This document shows positions 54,429 to 57,745 of a stretch of DNA of 57,745 bases, in pieces. Under the pieces are notes generated by a model, which was not told the DNA's origin, ran no database searches, and saw nothing but the letters and a program-made list of their open reading frames with translations. The translations under genes were made by a program, and so were the position numbers. Location: positions 1 through 57,745 of the forward strand of contig CAZJGR010000003.1 in assembly GCA_964545815.1 (NCBI GenBank), written 5' to 3'. Source of the DNA: an uncultured Dehalococcoidaceae bacterium (GTDB lineage Bacteria > Chloroflexota > Dehalococcoidia > Dehalococcoidales > RBG-16-60-22). Numbering within the stretch: position 1 is the first letter of the stretch; each line of letters opens with the position of its first letter.

Positions 54429-54743
54429 CTACCTGCTCACCGATTTCAGCCATTCTCCGGCCATTTTCTTGGCTTCCGAGACCCTGGGTCGCTCCGGCTT
54501 GGCTTCCATTTGCTTCCACTCGATTGCCTTGGGCAAGCAGAACTGGATGCAGGCCGGATTGCCGAAACAGTAATCGCAGCTATCGAGGATTATCGGCACG
54601 GGAATCTCCGGAATGCCGACCAGGCATACTTTGATTCTTGAATCTCTGGGTCGGAATATGCCCGTTTTCACTGCAGAGCAGGCCAGCTCACACAGCTTGC
54701 AGCCGGTACATTTGTCCATATGTACTTCAATGTGCTTTTCCAA
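54429..54743 (-). CDS. 4Fe-4S ferredoxin-domain protein
   Basis: 104 aa. CTGCKLCELAC plus a second Cys group, CDYCFGNPACIQFC. Confidence 0.75.
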   Translation of the reverse strand: MEKHIEVHMDKCTGCKLCELACSAVKTGIFRPRDSRIKVCLVGIPEIPVPIILDSCDYCFGNPACIQFCLPKAIEWKQMEAKPERPRVSEAKKMAGEWLKSVSR

Positions 54744-54763
54744 GACTGGGCCTCCTCAGTTGA

Positions 54764-55444
54764 TTATTCTTTAGGCTCTTTCCGGAGGGTCAGCAGGGCA
54801 TCCTCCTTAGCCAGTTCAATGTGCTCACGCATTGTTTTCTCACACAGTTCCGGGTCTTTTAAATGCAGGGCCAGCAGTATCTTCTGGTGGCCATCAAGCG
54901 TTCTCTGCGCACCTTCAATGGATTGCAGGGTTACTTTGCGGTGCCGCAGCACCTGTTTTCTCATATCAACAATCAGTCGATAAAGGCGTATCTTATCCGA
55001 AACGAGCTCATGAAGATGGTCGTGGAAGTTGGTGTTCCATTTGAAGACATCACCCATCCGGCGTGCTTCCAGCGCCGCCTGCGCCTTATCAATGAATGTG
55101 CCCAGCTGATGAAGGCTCTCTTTGGTGATTCTTTCCGAGATGATTCTGAGGGCGTATCCTTCCAGAATGGCGCGGAGTTCAAAGAGCTCTGCCATTTCCT
55201 CCCTTGAATCTCCGGAGACAATGAAGCCCCTGGTCTCCAGAGGGCGAATCAGGCCTTCCGACTCGAGCTTATAGAGTGCCTCTCGCACCGGAGTGCGGCT
55301 TACCCCCAGCGTTTCCGCCAGGTGCTCTTCGGTCAGCCTTTCCTCTGGCCCCAGCTGGCCGGAAAGAATCGCCGTCTTCAGATGCTCGTAAACTCTTTTC
55401 CGAACCGGGACATTTCTCTTTTCAACGCGACTACTTACGGCCAT
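54764..55444 (-). CDS. GntR family transcriptional regulator (FadR/FCD subfamily)
   Basis: ..VYEHLKTAILSGQLGPEERLTEEHLAETLGVSRTPVREALYKLESEGLI.. is the winged HTH, followed by a helical FCD-type C-terminal domain. I prefer the ATG at 55444 over the track start at 55528. Confidence 0.88.
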   Translation of the reverse strand: MAVSSRVEKRNVPVRKRVYEHLKTAILSGQLGPEERLTEEHLAETLGVSRTPVREALYKLESEGLIRPLETRGFIVSGDSREEMAELFELRAILEGYALRIISERITKESLHQLGTFIDKAQAALEARRMGDVFKWNTNFHDHLHELVSDKIRLYRLIVDMRKQVLRHRKVTLQSIEGAQRTLDGHQKILLALHLKDPELCEKTMREHIELAKEDALLTLRKEPKE

Positions 55445-55452
55445 TTCACGGT

Positions 55453-55466
55453 AATTGTATACAATT
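55453..55466. promoter_or_regulatory. candidate GntR operator 1 (perfect 14-bp palindrome)
   Basis: AATTGTATACAATT lies 9 nt upstream of the gntR ATG. It has the GT-N-AC core typical of GntR/FadR operators. Confidence 0.45.
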
Positions 55467-55517
55467 AGGCGATAATTTGTCAATAAGTTTGCTAAATTAC
55501 CGTTGCAATATATTATT

Positions 55518-55529
55518 ATTGTATACATT
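55518..55529. promoter_or_regulatory. candidate GntR operator 2 (imperfect copy)
   Basis: ATTGTATACATT shares the TGTATACA palindromic core with operator 1, about 60 nt further upstream. Confidence 0.35.
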
Positions 55530-55777
55530 CCTTGGCGCTAAACGTAGAAGATTCAAAAAGTGGCCGGGAAGATAAATTATTTTGGCTGGGACACCTCTCG
55601 TACCTGTCGGCCATCAGTTCTCACTTGACAGTGGCGGCATGGTTTAGATAACATACCTTCAAAAGGCCATGAGAGAATTATTTCTCGCTCTTTATTTGAG
55701 GTCTTTTAATAGCCCCCGCTTGAAGCTCGGTCTGAGCTCCTTTATTTCCCGTAGCGTTAATTGCAGGAGAAGGTATA

Positions 55778-56407
55778 TTGTTTAAGTTTTCCTTATTGCC
55801 CAGAGGTAAAATATTTTTTGAGCTTTTCCAGGAAAGTGCCGTCAACATGGTCGAGACCGCTGAACTCATGAAGGACATGGTCGACCACTGGGAGAAGCTT
55901 GAGCATAACGTGGCGCAGATAGAAGAATGTGAGCATAAAGGCGACAATACCACACATCGGATTATTGAGCTATTGCACCGCTCTTTTGTGACGCCATTTG
56001 ACCAGGAGGACATGGCGCTTTTAGCCCATTCCCTTGATGACATCGTGGACTTGATTCACGCCGCCGCCGTGGCGATGTTTATTTACAAAATAGACACTCC
56101 TAAAGAGGGCGCCAAAGACCTGGCCGATATCATCGTGTCCGCTTCAAAAGAGGTGGCAGTGGCCTTAGGGCAGCTGCCCCCTCGTCCCAAACTGACACAG
56201 GTTTTGAAGCACTGCATCGAGATTAATCGACTGGAAAATGCGGCGGACAGTGTCTTTCGTAGCGCCATGGCGGAACTATTCGATAATTGCACCAATACGG
56301 CCGATATCATAAAATGGCGCGAGATTCTGGAGCATATGGAGAGCGCGACCGACCGGTGTGAGGATGTGGCCAATGTCCTGGAAGGGGTAGCGCTCAAGCA
56401 TGCCTGA
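55778..56407 (+). CDS. DUF47 (PhoU-like) phosphate-transport accessory protein
   Basis: 209 aa with a TTG start after GGAGAAGG. ..FFELFQESAVNMVETAELMKDMV.... and ..E.ADR.ED.AN.LE.. give the DUF47 pattern. Paired with the PiT transporter. Confidence 0.82.
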   Translation: MFKFSLLPRGKIFFELFQESAVNMVETAELMKDMVDHWEKLEHNVAQIEECEHKGDNTTHRIIELLHRSFVTPFDQEDMALLAHSLDDIVDLIHAAAVAMFIYKIDTPKEGAKDLADIIVSASKEVAVALGQLPPRPKLTQVLKHCIEINRLENAADSVFRSAMAELFDNCTNTADIIKWREILEHMESATDRCEDVANVLEGVALKHA

Positions 56408-57395
56408 GGGCGGTTTACCGCTGATAGTCGCCTTGCTATTGGTGCTGGCAGCGGAGTTTGTCAATGGCTGGACAGATGCTCCTAATGCTATTGCCACAGT
56501 AGTAGGTACTCGTGTTCTCTCGCCGCAAAATGCAATAATAATGGCTGCTGTACTTAATATCGTGGGTGCTCTGGTAACCGGCACTGCTGTGGCAGCCACT
56601 ATAGGGACAGGAATTGTAAGGCCAGAGGTTATCGGTCTCCCTGTAGTGATAGCCGCTATGTTCACTGTTGTGCTCTGGAGTACGGTATGCTGGTTCTATG
56701 GCATACCCACCAGCGAAAGCCATGAGCTTATTGCCGGTCTTACTGGCGCTGGCTTGGCAGCCGCCGGTCCCTCCGCTCTCCTCTGGGAAGGATGGCAGAA
56801 GGTACTTATCGGTCTGGGTCTCTCCACACTGCTTGGTTTTTCTCTAAGCATGATGATAATGACTAGTCTTTACTGGTTACTGCGGCGAACCAGCCTGTCA
56901 TCTATTCGCGGTGCCTTCAGCAAGCTTCAGATACTTTCCGCCGCTTTCATGGCGTTCAGCCATGGTAGCAACGACGGGCAGAAGTTTATGGGGGCCTTCG
57001 CCCTGACGTTGGTGCTGGGAGGAGCGATGACACAGTTCTCCGTCCCAAGGTGGGTAATGCTACTCTGTGGCGCAGTGATGGGGTTGGGTACGGCTTGTGG
57101 CGGGTGGCGCATTATCCGCACCATGGGCTTCAGGATTACCAAGTTAGAGCCAGCAAACGGTTTTGCCGCCGAGACTTCAGCTGGATTGGCAATTCTATTA
57201 GCCTCCGCTTTTGGCATACCCTTGAGCACCACTCATTGTATAGGTACATCCATTATGGGAGTAGGCGCTACCAGGAGATTTTCTGCAGTGCACTGGGGAA
57301 TCGGGGGCAATATTATAGCCGCCTGGATACTTACCTTTCCCATTTGTGGCCTTTTGAGTTATATCTTCATCCTGTTGTTGAATGTGATATATTAA
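56400..57395 (+). CDS. inorganic phosphate transporter, PiT family
   Basis: 331-aa polytopic membrane protein. ..EFVNGWTDAPNAIAT.. and ..FSHGSNDGQK are the PHO4/PiT signature repeats. Overlaps the DUF47 gene by 8 nt. Confidence 0.9.
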   Translation: MPEGGLPLIVALLLVLAAEFVNGWTDAPNAIATVVGTRVLSPQNAIIMAAVLNIVGALVTGTAVAATIGTGIVRPEVIGLPVVIAAMFTVVLWSTVCWFYGIPTSESHELIAGLTGAGLAAAGPSALLWEGWQKVLIGLGLSTLLGFSLSMMIMTSLYWLLRRTSLSSIRGAFSKLQILSAAFMAFSHGSNDGQKFMGAFALTLVLGGAMTQFSVPRWVMLLCGAVMGLGTACGGWRIIRTMGFRITKLEPANGFAAETSAGLAILLASAFGIPLSTTHCIGTSIMGVGATRRFSAVHWGIGGNIIAAWILTFPICGLLSYIFILLLNVIY

Positions 57396-57745
57396 TCACC
57401 GGCCCATCAGATTGGTTCTACCGCCGTTGCAGGCAATAATCTCCGCTGTGATGAAGGCGGAATCGTCCGAAGCTAAAAACAGGGCTAAATGAGCTACATC
57501 TTCAACCGTGCCCAGCCTTCCCAGGACGGCGGTGCTGATGCCTACTTCGATGAATTTTTCCACCTGTTCCGGCGTCCGGCTGGCGTAAATCAACGGTGTT
57601 AGAATTCGCCCCGGGGCGATGGCGTTGACATTTATCCCGTAGGGGCCAAACTCGCGGGCACACGCCTTGGTAAATGCGTTTACCCCACTCTTGGAAGCGG
57701 CATAGGCTGCCTGCCCCGGTTCGTTTGCCCCCAGTGCGGCGGTTG
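57396..57745 (-). CDS. short-chain dehydrogenase/reductase (SDR), C-terminal part (5' end beyond right edge)
   Basis: The hand-translated reverse strand continues upstream of the track ORF: ..TAALGANEPGQAAYAASKSGVNAFTKACAREFGPYGINVNAIAPGRILTPLIYASRTPEQ.. with the YxxxK catalytic motif. The track 'M' at 57593 is an internal TTG. Confidence 0.85.
   Translation of the reverse strand, partial: TAALGANEPGQAAYAASKSGVNAFTKACAREFGPYGINVNAIAPGRILTPLIYASRTPEQVEKFIEVGISTAVLGRLGTVEDVAHLALFLASDDSAFITAEIIACNGGRTNLMGR

Overview
This is a 57.7-kb chromosomal window that is densely coding, with about 66 supported CDS. I found no rRNA, tRNA, CRISPR array, transposase or integrase. The protein sequences (GroEL/GroES behind a perfect CIRCE operator, a nuoABCDHIJK-x-L operon without nuoEFG, a short MetE-like protein, two tungsten-type AOR modules) suggest an anaerobic Chloroflexota/Dehalococcoidia-like bacterium. 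That assignment is inference, not a search result.

Gene content from left to right:
- Complex I genes, then tldD/pmbA and a PAC2-family gene.
- A methylthioadenosine/SAM by-product salvage operon (GNAT-mtnA-[insert]-mtnP-metE-like).
- NTPase and kinase genes, a dut-family gene, HAD, DUF2851 and XRE genes, then groESL.
- An aminotransferase, an M16 peptidase, an ADP-forming acyl-CoA synthetase, lysA, holB, a PSP1 gene and an HNH gene.
- A roughly 12.7-kb co-directional catabolic cluster: HpcH aldolase, MoaD-like, AOR, Fd-fusion, two unknown paralogs, LarA-like, TIM-barrel, GlcD/E/F-like and glycerate kinase.
- PTPS-folK-folP, a carboxyltransferase, class I fumarase, HIT, NUDIX-GNAT-nadK, nusB and acpP.
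- A second GntR-controlled Fd-MoaD-AOR module, DUF47-PiT, and a truncated SDR gene.

Best candidates for something undescribed:
1. 11076-12896. A sharply low-GC single gene is spliced seamlessly between mtnA and mtnP. It encodes a fusion of a TcmP-like (methyltransferase-fold) domain and an SplB/COG1533-like radical-SAM domain.
2. 39123-40913. Two tandem paralogs that I cannot assign to any family differ by an 82-aa Cys/His-containing insert. They sit with a ferredoxin-fusion protein between an AOR gene and a LarA homolog.
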